Positions 32,337 through 42,911 of a DNA stretch of 64,000 nt are shown piece after piece. The translations under genes and the position numbers were made by a program. Under the pieces are notes generated by a model. That model had not been told where the DNA came from. It did no database searches and saw only the letters and a list, made by a program, of their open reading frames with translations. Source of the stretch: Corallochytrium limacisporum Hawaii (Eukaryota > Protista > Pluriformea); the NCBI GenBank assembly GCA_002811645.1, contig PDIP01000067.1:180829-244828 (forward strand). Direction: 5' to 3'. The number at the start of each line of letters is the position of its first letter. The stretch's first letter is position 1.

Positions 32337-35300
32337 TTATGCAACGGCAGATGTTGTTTGGATAGCTGCCTTCTGCATCCTGGCCGCGGCCGCTGATGTG
32401 GAGGCGTACTGGAAAGTCTCATAGCCAACAAAGCGGAAGCGGTTCCATTTCAGGATCTGGTCGACCTTCTGATGGCAGTATGTCAGAACATCGCGTAGAC
32501 CGGTCTTTTTGGCCATGATCTCGGCTTGGATGCGATGTCTGGGGTCGCCAAGCTCAGACAGGCTCGCCTCGATATCTGTGAGATACAAAAAGTAGCGCAG
32601 CTGGTTGTACAAGCGGAAGCTGGAGTATTCCCAGGAGATCGTACCGAAGCATCCGGGAACTATACAGGTTCCCGGCTTAATGCTGACCTGGCGCGTGCGG
32701 TGGCTGCAACTTGGTTCGTCACAGACCATCCATCCCTCTCCGTAGGCCTTGTAGTGGCGACGAATCTCACTGTTGAGCACGTTGATCACGTAGGTGTCCT
32801 CAAAGGTGGTGTCACACTGGTCATTGTTGCATGTCAGACCGTGCTGCAGCGCACCGGTGGTTTGGGATGTGCGGAAAGCACCCTTGAACTCAGTGATTTC
32901 CTGGCAAGTGTTGCAACGCAGGAAGACTTTGTCGACATCCTTGAAACGCTCCGCAGCGCTGAGGACGGCGCGTGCTTCGCTGCCCTCCTCACGCTGGTAT
33001 GCATGCAGAAACTGCTTGGAATCCAGACCGAGACATTCAGCCACCTGACCGGCGTCCGTGCCCGCAATGGGTTCAACCAAACGGGACACCACAGCATGCA
33101 GTTGCTGCTTGAGATAGTATTGTTGATCGATGTGGAGGCCAAGCTTCTTGACCTCAGAGGGATGGTAGGCCCGCAGGGCGGCGCTCTGCTTCGTCTGCTC
33201 CGCGGTGTCTGCCGCATTCGGGTCCTCTCCCACGGCGGTTGTGCAGATAATGTACTCAATAGCATCACCCGCACGCTTGTGCTCACCGCGGCTCTTCATG
33301 CGCAAAGCAACCTGCACATGGGGCATCGACCGAGCATCTGGGTACATATCTGGAGATTTAGTCAACGACTTAGTGATGACATACCGGTCGAGCGGAATGC
33401 GGTCCTCGGCGACATCGTTTCCGACCTTGCGCAGGTAGGCATGAATCTCGTCGACTAGGGACTCCCTGTCCTGCGCGGTCAAAATCTGATCCAAAACATT
33501 GCCACCTACATTGACAGCAATACCGGACCAATCACGACGCACGATATCAATACCCTTGACCTCACGTTCTGTAGTAAGACGGTGTTCCTTGGTTTCAGGA
33601 TCCACACCCTTATCCACAAGCTTCAAGGCGGCGTACTTCTTCTTCTTCAGCAAAAGCATGGTTTTGAAGACACCATCTATATCAATCTCCAGTTTCTTAT
33701 GGCGCTTGTTGATCAGCTTCTTCAGCTCCTGTCCCATACTCATGGTTTTTGCATAGTCGGTGATCTGAGTGTTGATCATAATTGAGTCAGTATCCCCATA
33801 GATGACCGACAGATTGAGCTCGCTCTCTGCCACGTTTACAGTTTGCTGCAGCAGCTCACGACCCATTTGAGTAATGACCTCCGCCAGAGGCTTGGCATAG
33901 AAACGGGCATGACCGAAACCAAGACAGCCATACATGGAGTTGCACATAATCTTCAAGGCATATTGACGAACATCGAGCTGACTAAGCTTCAGAGGGTCAT
34001 TCTCTCCCTTCATCATCCTCTTGACCTCCCGACGACGAGAGACAAGATACTCCAGCACACTAGGCAGGACACCGACATCCACATTAGAAGCAGGTAGCTT
34101 TACTTTAAGCGCGTCGGGGTCGCCATCAGCTGCTTCCTCCGCAAGACGCACAGCCTCCTCTCCTTTGGGACGCTCTACGGTGGTGAAGCAAATGTTGAAC
34201 TCTTGGATAATGGACGGGTATAGCGAGTTGAAATCGAGCAGCAGGATGAACGTGTTATAGAAACCTTTCTTTGGCTCCAAGACCAACCCACCAGAGTACT
34301 GAGGCTTCTTTCTTCCAGCGCTTTGGCCCTTTGCCTTGGCACGAGATCCACCATCATCCTTTTTGTCATCCTTCTTGCCAAAAAATTTGTCGGGCACAAT
34401 ATAGTTACGACGATGGAACTCGTGCAGCAACATCCACTCGTTACGCTCGGCACGACCACCGGTGAGGGTTCTGGACCAAATGTTACCGGCCAGAGTGGTG
34501 AGCTGGCGCGACAGAGGAATTATCTGCAACTTGTTTGCCAGTAGGAAATTGATCGTCGCGTCTTGATCAGCGTACCTAGCGAGATTAATCACGGCTTGCG
34601 CTGAAGCATATAAGTTACCTATGTTATCCAACGGAATCGACTGGCGGCGTACGCCAAGCTCTACGGAAGCCAATTCCATCATGCTGTAGGTTTTCAAACG
34701 AGTTGAGACCTCCCTCGAGAACTCGTATGTGTCCACCAAGAGGCGACCGGCCATGACCTGCTTGGCTCCCCATTTGGCCTCACCACCACCGGTGGTGGAA
34801 AGGTGAGGCATCTTGGACACCTGAAGACGACCCAGCCTGCTCCAGAAGGACACGTTGTGATGCTTCATTCTATGGAGGAGAACATCCAAAGTGAAGCCAA
34901 AGAAATTGTGAGCAATGATCACATCAGGGTCAACACATTGAATATTTGCCACCAGATGGGACAGCAGGGCGGACTCCCTATTGCAGACTTGAACGGTAGA
35001 GCCCATTCGCTGACGTTCCAGCTGCTCCTTGAGATCCGATGGGAATTGCTGGCCAGCAGGACGGGATACTAAGGCAAACCTACTGAATCCATTGGTCAAA
35101 TTCTGCATGGTACCGTCTATGCTTACTTCGTCATGAACAACCCCCGCAACGGCGAGGACCTCGTGAGCATGGCTTTTGGGATCATGACGACTCACAACAT
35201 TCAAGCTCACCACATTCAGTGGAGGCGGGGGAGGGCACGCATCCGGGTCGATCTTTGAAATGGTACCGTTACTATAAGTCGGTATGGTGCATTCGAATTT

Positions 35301-36893
35301 GCTGTAGCCAAACTTCGATGGCACTGGAGTGGGATTCTTAATCTCGAGGTAGCACGGGCCCATCAAGTCCAGGTCCATGACCAATCGCTCTGTCAAGGCC
35401 GTGTTGGTACCGAATACATGGCTAAAGGTCTCGAAGGTACGATTGGGATCAATTGTATAGCTGTCTCCACTAACTTGAACCTCGAGGTACTCGCCCTCGG
35501 CCGGTACACCAGGAAGTTCGAATGCATACTTCTTGGACACAGCCTTGAATCGGATTTTCGTTTGCTGTCTGGACAAAATGCCTTCGATTTCTTCCTTCAC
35601 ATCTTCGATGGTGACAGGGTCATCTGTACTACTGTTCTTGCGCACATCAAAGCGATGCTTACGGGGCAGGAGGTAGAGCCGTCTACCAGGATCTTCCACC
35701 CGCACACAGCAGCTTGACCAACCATCCTTGCTCTCATCAAAGACTTTACCGAACAGGTAAACGTAACCCATGTTTTCATGGGCATCAAGCCAAAACATGC
35801 ACAACGTCTTTGATCCATCCTCGTTGGGGAGCAAAAGGTCTTTGAAGGCACTATTTGCTTTAGTCCTTTTTGGATCACCATCATCCATGGACAGTGTCTT
35901 ACGGATTTCCTGTGTTCCTTCACCCGCACCCACCGCATTCAGCTGACGCTCAACGTTGCTGAAAGCATCGGACTGTTCAACGGGTCGTCCATCATACATT
36001 GCGGGCTTCTTTTCTACGGTGCCAGCACCGGCAAGAGCAAATGTAGCCTTACTTACAGCCTGTTTCGGAGGCACAGTTTCATCACGGACCTTAAACGCGG
36101 TCTTCTGCTTCTCTACAGGTGCCTTGCGCACTGTGATAGTCGAGCTAGACTCTGCGACTGCGGGCTTCGTGTCCGCGATATCCATGGTGTCCCCAGTTTC
36201 AGTCAATTGCTGGCGTGCAGCAGCCGACTTCTCTCCTTCAACATCAACAGCCATAGCGATTTCCGCAGATACCGCGGTTACCGCGGTAGTCTGTTGCTGA
36301 GGAATTGTCTCCGTTGGCATAAGAATATGCTCAACTGCTTCATTGGTGACCTCTGCTACCGGAGCCGCCTCGTCCGCGACGTCACCGTCGGCCTCAGCCT
36401 CTAGGTTGCTCAGAAAATTACTCAGCACTTCAGTGCCTGTAGCAACAGGAGCAGGTCCTCGGGAAGAATCATTGCCTATGTCAGGTGCTGCAGTGGAAGC
36501 GAGCCTGTTGGAGGCGTTCATGAAGGCAGTCGAGATTCGCTGACTCAAAGGTGCCTTCTCGTCCTGTAATTTAGCCTTGGGACCCCTTGGTTTCTTCATC
36601 CCGTCGTTTTTCTTGCGACGAGGGCCGCGTTCTTCTTCAGCTTCTTCGTAGTCAGCGTACTGATGTTCTTCGTCAAACCATTCTTTGTTGCCATCGTGGC
36701 GATACCCATACTCCCCGTCCTCGTCAACCACAAAGTCATTAGCCTCTTCCACATACTGAGCGTATTGATCCTCGTCAACATATTCGTAAGCATCCTCATC
36801 GTCCTTTTCAATTTCAGCGAGGCGGCGTTTTGCCTCAGAATCTCCTGCTTTGGCCTGCCGGAGAAGCTCCAGCTTCTCCTTCGCCGAAACCAT
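32337..36893 (-). CDS. POLA1: DNA polymerase alpha catalytic subunit
   Basis: FVVDEDG.YGY..DG N-terminus, FWLDAHE, LLDFNSLYPSIIQEFNICFTT, KIMCNSMYGCLG, YGDTDS, C-terminal Cys metal-binding motifs. Confidence 0.97.
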   Translation of the reverse strand: MVSAKEKLELLRQAKAGDSEAKRRLAEIEKDDEDAYEYVDEDQYAQYVEEANDFVVDEDGEYGYRHDGNKEWFDEEHQYADYEEAEEERGPRRKKNDGMKKPRGPKAKLQDEKAPLSQRISTAFMNASNRLASTAAPDIGNDSSRGPAPVATGTEVLSNFLSNLEAEADGDVADEAAPVAEVTNEAVEHILMPTETIPQQQTTAVTAVSAEIAMAVDVEGEKSAAARQQLTETGDTMDIADTKPAVAESSSTITVRKAPVEKQKTAFKVRDETVPPKQAVSKATFALAGAGTVEKKPAMYDGRPVEQSDAFSNVERQLNAVGAGEGTQEIRKTLSMDDGDPKRTKANSAFKDLLLPNEDGSKTLCMFWLDAHENMGYVYLFGKVFDESKDGWSSCCVRVEDPGRRLYLLPRKHRFDVRKNSSTDDPVTIEDVKEEIEGILSRQQTKIRFKAVSKKYAFELPGVPAEGEYLEVQVSGDSYTIDPNRTFETFSHVFGTNTALTERLVMDLDLMGPCYLEIKNPTPVPSKFGYSKFECTIPTYSNGTISKIDPDACPPPPPLNVVSLNVVSRHDPKSHAHEVLAVAGVVHDEVSIDGTMQNLTNGFSRFALVSRPAGQQFPSDLKEQLERQRMGSTVQVCNRESALLSHLVANIQCVDPDVIIAHNFFGFTLDVLLHRMKHHNVSFWSRLGRLQVSKMPHLSTTGGGEAKWGAKQVMAGRLLVDTYEFSREVSTRLKTYSMMELASVELGVRRQSIPLDNIGNLYASAQAVINLARYADQDATINFLLANKLQIIPLSRQLTTLAGNIWSRTLTGGRAERNEWMLLHEFHRRNYIVPDKFFGKKDDKKDDGGSRAKAKGQSAGRKKPQYSGGLVLEPKKGFYNTFILLLDFNSLYPSIIQEFNICFTTVERPKGEEAVRLAEEAADGDPDALKVKLPASNVDVGVLPSVLEYLVSRRREVKRMMKGENDPLKLSQLDVRQYALKIMCNSMYGCLGFGHARFYAKPLAEVITQMGRELLQQTVNVAESELNLSVIYGDTDSIMINTQITDYAKTMSMGQELKKLINKRHKKLEIDIDGVFKTMLLLKKKKYAALKLVDKGVDPETKEHRLTTEREVKGIDIVRRDWSGIAVNVGGNVLDQILTAQDRESLVDEIHAYLRKVGNDVAEDRIPLDRYVITKSLTKSPDMYPDARSMPHVQVALRMKSRGEHKRAGDAIEYIICTTAVGEDPNAADTAEQTKQSAALRAYHPSEVKKLGLHIDQQYYLKQQLHAVVSRLVEPIAGTDAGQVAECLGLDSKQFLHAYQREEGSEARAVLSAAERFKDVDKVFLRCNTCQEITEFKGAFRTSQTTGALQHGLTCNNDQCDTTFEDTYVINVLNSEIRRHYKAYGEGWMVCDEPSCSHRTRQVSIKPGTCIVPGCFGTISWEYSSFRLYNQLRYFLYLTDIEASLSELGDPRHRIQAEIMAKKTGLRDVLTYCHQKVDQILKWNRFRFVGYETFQYASTSAAAARMQKAAIQTTSAVA

Positions 36894-37900
36894 AGCGTTC
36901 TCTATATATTCCTCGGTCTGTACAGGTCCGCCTATATCCTTTAGGATTGCGCTTACATGTCACTGACCCTAGTGGAGAAGTTCCTATATAGTATTTTCTT
37001 ATGTACCCTTTAGTTGCCGCCCATGCTAACGCGACAAAAACAAGTCTTGACGAAGACATCACGGGAACTACACCTTTTGTGCTCACCCGCCCAAACTTGC
37101 AAGTTTGCAGCTCCAAGGGGACTCTCGCGGATCCTTAGCTTTGGATTTTTCGCGCTCGAAAGTTTTGCACCGCCGTCGACTGGGAGGGTATTGATTCCCA
37201 GTTTCAGACCGCCTCACATTTTGCGGTTCATTGTCTATTGAACACTGGCAAATCGCATTGATTTTTGGCTTGTGAAAATTGAATCAGCTGGCCTATTATG
37301 AACGCACGAGAAAGAGTGTGGACGAGTTTGATTTAGGTAGTTGCAATCGAATCAACTGTGATGCGAAAGGCAATCTGCTCTACGGTGTAGTCTTGGTGCC
37401 CCGAGTCTCTCAGCACGGGGGGAGAATGAAGGTGCAAACCTCCGATCGCCCCGCGGGGAGGGGGAGAGGTGCGAGGCTCACGGTCTATCTTTGTCAGACG
37501 TAGAGCTACTTTAACGCCGTTGGATATGTGAACAAAGAATCAGATGCCATAAGACAGGCAGCGGATGCATGTCGAATCATTCAACGAGTTCAGCCTGCAA
37601 ACGCTGGTCTACATCCTGGACGATGTAACGAGAAAACTGATCCGTCATACTTAGAAACAGATCAAACCAACGCGTCATGGCATTGGAATTCTGCAAGGGA
37701 CTGGGCACGACTCTGAACGCTGATATCCTTATTGATGAGACATTTCAAGAGCACCATAATGAGGATTCGAAGTCCTGGATCAGCGTCAAGGCCGGGGTCC
37801 AGGGGGGCCAGGACTACTACGAGGTCGCCGTTCAGGAGATGCTCGCGACCTGAAGAGGTCTCTGACTGGTCGGGTTTCCTCAAGGCTATATACACTGTCC

Positions 37901-38635
37901 ATGAAGGACGTAATTGACAAGAGAGGCGAGCAAATTTATGTAGCCGAAGTCAACAGACTCTCACGGACAGAATTCAAGGTGACGAGGAAAGGTACGGAAG
38001 ATCAAATTATGAAAGATGGCGAAGGTATCATTGCGCAAGAGGAGCCTGTGACTCCTCTCATCACAGCCGTGGGTGATGTGATACTACAACGACTGTTGAT
38101 CAAACAGATTTTCACCAAAGACGAAGAAATCTTTAATTTCAAGGCGTGGAATGTGCGGCCAGTGACTCTGGGTCCATAATTCGTCGTGAGAAGAGGAGCG
38201 ATGATGCCCACAATATGGTCTCTACCAAATTGTGGGGTATTGCTGGAAGTGACAGATGCTGAAGACGCTGTGTATGGCAAGTCTGCTCTAAGCCGGAACA
38301 CTGTTGTCCAAGAGAACGGCGAGGTAAGTTCTGTTGCCACGAAGGTGGCTGAGGTCAGCGTCAATGATTCCACAGCTGTGCCTGCAGCAACGTCCAAGAA
38401 GACCGATCTCGTTTCCCTGAGCGAAGTTCCTGATGCCTGGGTCGAAGATCTGGAACTGCTGAGTCGTTTCGTAGACAAACGCACTGCTTTAAAGCTTGAC
38501 CATTTGGGCTATCTTCAAGGGCATCCCGAAGTCAACCAAATGCTCGCCGACTTCACTGAACTAGTCTTATTGAAGAGGCCGCAAAATGTCATAATGTTTG
38601 CAGCGGACTACTTCAGCAGGCTGTCATCTACATGA
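37901..38635 (+). pseudogene. CATIP: CATIP-like locus (ciliogenesis-associated TTC17-interacting protein) interrupted by in-frame TAA at 38177-38179; may instead be spliced
   Basis: WVEDLELLSRFVDKRTALKLDHLGYLQGHPEVNQMLADFTELVLLKRPQNVIMFAADYF matches the CATIP C-terminus. The upstream same-frame ORF (FKVTRK...LITAVGDVILQRLL) resembles its middle part. Confidence 0.6.
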
Positions 38636-38823
38636 TCTAGTATCGACTCCGATCACAAACCTATTACCTTTACCCTCCGATTCCACTCTGTGTTTTAATT
38701 GCTTGATTGCATGTTGCATGTATTACTGTTTATGTTTGTGTGTGTTTGGATACAGAAGCTGCAACCAGTGACGTATTGCAAGTGGAAGACTAGATGTTTG
38801 AAAAGGTTACGAAGCTAAGGGAC

Positions 38824-39534
38824 TTACTTCATGTTCTCCAGCTGCTTAATGCACAGCTCAAGGTTCTCTTCTTCAATCTTGGGGGTCATTCCCTTGCGGA
38901 CAGCATCCTCTACGTAGGCGACAAGCTCATCTTGCTCCTTTCGTGCCTCACTCTTCTCGGTTTCGATAAGGAAATCGAGGTACTTGACGGCCTGGTTACG
39001 GTACTCGTGCTTGCTAAGGCGCACAGCCAATTCAGCAGCCATCTCATTGGCGTCCTGAGCAATCTGGTACGAGTCCTTGGTCAGCTCCTCGGCGGCGACG
39101 TTGTACTGGAGAGATTCGATCTGCTCCTTGATACCGTCAACAGCAGCAAAGCGAGCCTGGGACAGCTCGTTCTCGATGTCGGCAGCACGAGTGGTAAAGA
39201 ACTCCCGAATACCGTCTCCCGCCTTGCTGTACACAAGGTAAACGAAAGCACCGAAGCAACCCAGTACCACGGTCTCAGAGTGGAGAATCAGAATCTCCTT
39301 GGAGAAGAGGTACACACCCAGAGCGCCACTGAAGAGAATACCGCCGGTCTGACCAGTCTTCTGTGACATAACATTGTTGATAGATCCGAAAAGACCACTG
39401 CTCTGGTTACGCTGAGGCACCTGAGTACGGAAGTTGCGAGCCGCCAAGATGGCCGTGGGTTTGATTGCCTGATTCGCCACCGCGAAGCGAGGGGCCATTA
39501 CGGCTGTCCGAGTAAACAAGTTGCGAGCCAGCAT
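38824..39534 (-). CDS. ATP5PB: Mitochondrial ATP synthase peripheral stalk subunit b
   Basis: Arg-rich presequence; KTGQTGGILFSGALGVYLFSKEILILHSET; C-terminal EEENLELCIKQLE. Confidence 0.92.
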   Translation of the reverse strand: MLARNLFTRTAVMAPRFAVANQAIKPTAILAARNFRTQVPQRNQSSGLFGSINNVMSQKTGQTGGILFSGALGVYLFSKEILILHSETVVLGCFGAFVYLVYSKAGDGIREFFTTRAADIENELSQARFAAVDGIKEQIESLQYNVAAEELTKDSYQIAQDANEMAAELAVRLSKHEYRNQAVKYLDFLIETEKSEARKEQDELVAYVEDAVRKGMTPKIEEENLELCIKQLENMK

Positions 39535-40457
39535 GTTTCCTCAAGTGTTAAACTAGTTGGGTATCCCTATGATCCCGCAAAACAACTAAAACCAGACTGT
39601 AAGTATTCCCGGAACCCGGTTGAATGCACTCCAGTCAATGCTGTATCTTTTATTGCTGGTTGAACTCAATCATAGTACACTTGTTCACTTGATGTACCTC
39701 CATATTGACACTTGACAGACGGCATCTTGCCATAATCTTCATCCATAATCCATCCTGTTCATAAGTGTTCGACAGTTTTTGTAATCAAAGTTACGGCGGG
39801 AAAAGCTAACCCAGAAAGTGGGAAGAGAAGCGCAAATGACACGTCCAGTTGGAGCCATTAGTCCTCGATCTCTCCCTTGGGAACCCCGTGAACCTGCTAC
39901 CCCGTGAGCGGACTCACTCACACACAGCCAGTCCCCCTGTTTTTTCCACGCGGCCGAGAAGCGGTTGCGTGAGTACTGGAACTGTTTTGCCGGAATCGGG
40001 ACTTGGCAAACCGGGACCACCTGTAAGTACTGAAACTACCGCGAAAGGGGAGACCCGCTGGGTGTGAATTCCGTTTCAGGGCTCAATAATGAATGAACCC
40101 GAAATAGAGGTGGTCTCGAGACCAATCCCTCTTGGCTTTGGGCAGCGGGTGGCTTGATACGTACACGCAAAGTTCTGCGGTTGGTTTTGGTAGTGATTAT
40201 ATGGAGAATTGGAACGGAGCGCTATAGGCGTGCGGAGCTCAGCAAAGGTTGTTACCAGTTGGCCCGCAATTTTTTGTTTTTGTTTTGTTTATGTATTGGT
40301 ATTCGACAAATAAAATGCGAATCAGATTTATCGATATTTTCATCGCGGAAATGGGACTCCTGGTAGGCCCGCGACTAGAGACCGGTATACGGGCGGCTTT
40401 CACCAAGCGCGATGGGGAAGAGACAATGCAAATACACATGTTAAATGATACGATATT

Positions 40458-42164
40458 CTATTCTGTATAGTAATCGGCGAGATACTGTGTCACGTCAACA
40501 CGGAGCTCACAGCCGATGGCTTTGACAAGGTCAAGCGAAGCAAGGCACTTGAACTTGGGGTTGTCGATATCATCAAAGCGCCCAACTTTGGCAAGGAAAC
40601 GCAGACTGATCAAAGTCTGGACCTGGATTAGCACATCAGACGGATTTGTAGTCTGGTCCTGAGGTGCAAGAGAGTGGAAAATCGCCATGAGTCGATTGGC
40701 AGGGAACATCTTGGGACCCAACAGCGTTTGTCGAGTGCGTTCCTTGGCCTTCATGGTCGCCTTTGTCTGTCGCTTCTTGCGTTCGGCTGGGTTACTGCGG
40801 GCGACGAAGAAACGTCTGTCCATTTTGGCAGGGTTGAAACTGCATATGAATGAAGCGAGTAAGAGGTACTTTGCCATGAGGGGCAGCTCCAGCTCCCTTG
40901 CCATTTCCCGCGAGCTGCCACGTGTGGTCATGGCCTGTTTACCACTGTTGGTCATGAGGGAGCGCAGTGCTTGTGATTTTTGCTCATCAAGCTGTCCCAA
41001 AGTATCTCCGAAGTGTGCCAAGTTCTCTTCAGCGTCAATGTCTTCAGTCTCCATTCTCTTCTCGAGCTCTGTTAAGCGCTCTTCTTCCTGCCTGATGCGC
41101 CTGTTAATGGATGACATGGTCCTCTGGTACTGTCCGTAAAGCGCGTTCCATTCTACGGTGCTTAATTCACGAAGATGAAGTCGATGCAAGACCTCACGAA
41201 TAAAGGGCGAGATGTACTGGTAAAGTTTTGATGCATCCGACTGATCCACTTCCCCACGTCGCACTGGTCCGATGAATACGGGCCAAAGCTGCCTCGCCGC
41301 ATGCCTCCATTCACGTAGATCACCGCAAAAGATGTGAAGGGAGTTCCGCAAAATATTGACAAAGATGCGCCACGGTAGCTGATATTCTGCATCAGGGCAC
41401 TCGGACACGAGGATCTCTGCTTTGGTCGAGTGTGCAAGACCACGGAAGAAAAAGATGTATGGCTCGACGAAAGTGTTCCGCCGACCTGACAAATGAATTC
41501 CACGCACTAAATCCCAAGCCCAACTGCTGATGGCAACTACGCTCACTTTCACAGGAACACCCTGTAAGTCATGTTCTATAGTGCTCTGTGATGCTGTCAC
41601 TTCACTAACACAGACCAGCCGGTCAGCGTAGTACGTTCCTACCATTTCTGAAAGACGGCTAAGGTATGTAAGCGCCTGCTGTGCGCTACTATTGTGCTGA
41701 GCGCACTGCTCTGCGGATCGAAGCACAATGAACACACGTGGAGTCGGTAAGCAGCAACCACAAGTGCTGAGAATCTCCAGAATTTTGAACTTCTGTTGAC
41801 CATTCTGGCAGCTGTTTGAGAAAATATCACGGTGGTGATTTGCTCTAGGGCAGTGTTCCCGAATGTTCTCCTTCAGTAGAGCACCCAGTTGTCTTGCCAT
41901 CGATCCCCATGCATAGCTAGTACGACTGACCAAAGAAAAGTCCAGGCAATCTAGGGTGATCACAGTGTTCTGTAACTCGTTATCCGGTCCCTTTACGACT
42001 CGGTTCAACGTCTCGAAGCGAAGGGAAGAATCCGGGCCCTGCAACCACAAGAAAGGTGCCCCTGCAAAATGTGGGTCACATGGCCGTAGCAAACAGTTCA
42101 AAGCCTCCGTCTCCTTCTGTCTGTATAAGTCAACCAGCTTGGCTGACGTTGTGCTGGTGATCAT
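40458..42164 (-). CDS. ORC5: Origin recognition complex subunit 5
   Basis: CGDLREWRH...LWPVFIGPV, LELPLMAKYLLLASFICSFNPAKMDRRFF, LLGPKMFPANRLMAIF, DNPKFKC. Confidence 0.9.
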   Translation of the reverse strand: MITSTTSAKLVDLYRQKETEALNCLLRPCDPHFAGAPFLWLQGPDSSLRFETLNRVVKGPDNELQNTVITLDCLDFSLVSRTSYAWGSMARQLGALLKENIREHCPRANHHRDIFSNSCQNGQQKFKILEILSTCGCCLPTPRVFIVLRSAEQCAQHNSSAQQALTYLSRLSEMVGTYYADRLVCVSEVTASQSTIEHDLQGVPVKVSVVAISSWAWDLVRGIHLSGRRNTFVEPYIFFFRGLAHSTKAEILVSECPDAEYQLPWRIFVNILRNSLHIFCGDLREWRHAARQLWPVFIGPVRRGEVDQSDASKLYQYISPFIREVLHRLHLRELSTVEWNALYGQYQRTMSSINRRIRQEEERLTELEKRMETEDIDAEENLAHFGDTLGQLDEQKSQALRSLMTNSGKQAMTTRGSSREMARELELPLMAKYLLLASFICSFNPAKMDRRFFVARSNPAERKKRQTKATMKAKERTRQTLLGPKMFPANRLMAIFHSLAPQDQTTNPSDVLIQVQTLISLRFLAKVGRFDDIDNPKFKCLASLDLVKAIGCELRVDVTQYLADYYTE

Positions 42165-42911
42165 GATTCTGCCTTCTCGAGTATCTTACAGACAGCCGCA
42201 GCATCCGGATCTGTACGGGTTCAATCCAACTAGCATCTCAGCAAATCTCAAGTATGTGGTAGGTGCATAAATCTGTACACCCCTCTGGGCGTCTTTAAGG
42301 AAAGGATCTTACGTTTGCTTTGTAATTGAAGGTAGCGAAAGAGTCCTCGAGTGGCAGGAGCTCACCTTGGCTCCTTGAGACCCCCTTTAGCTTATCCGTG
42401 CTGAGAGCTACTCCCGAAGTTTTCGCGCGCGAAGAGGAAGCAATTGGGGGCCGATTTTCCAAAGGGTTCAGGGACAAAGGTGAGGGGCACGTGTCGGTTG
42501 CCGGCAGAGACCGGTGCGAGTCTCGCAAAATCCATTGAGCCGGCGGAGTCAAATTTCTTCGGCCCCCCCATCACAGCGGACCCCACGAGCACCAAGGGCC
42601 GTTTTAGTGCGCTAAGTGGGTCTCCACCCGCCCTTGGCCTCTCATAAGGACCCAAGCGCGTGTGCATGTGAGCATACTTTGAGGCCTCTCCGTAAGATGG
42701 GTGAACCAGCTAGCTATTTGAAAGGGAACACTGGATTGAGATCTTGGCAGATGAGTAAATAAGAATGGTGCGAAGGTACATGATTGTAATTGAGGTGAAG
42801 ATCAATACGGATGTCAGGAACGTTGCTGATGGCATAGGAAACTTAGGGAAGGGCACGGCCCTGTAACACATCAAATTAAAGAATCTTTGTAACACATACA
42901 CTACTTTGGAA

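Noticed and set aside
32526-33458. 310-aa ORF antisense to POLA1 (and similar ORFs at 16373-17248, 27780-28595, 53647-54495)
   Set aside because: Antisense shadows caused by codon bias; no recognisable motifs.
39880-39912. aaccccgtgaacctg resembling part of a TPP riboswitch
   Set aside because: No CTGAGA motif or P5 stem with TAAT loop, and the neighbours are not thiamine genes.
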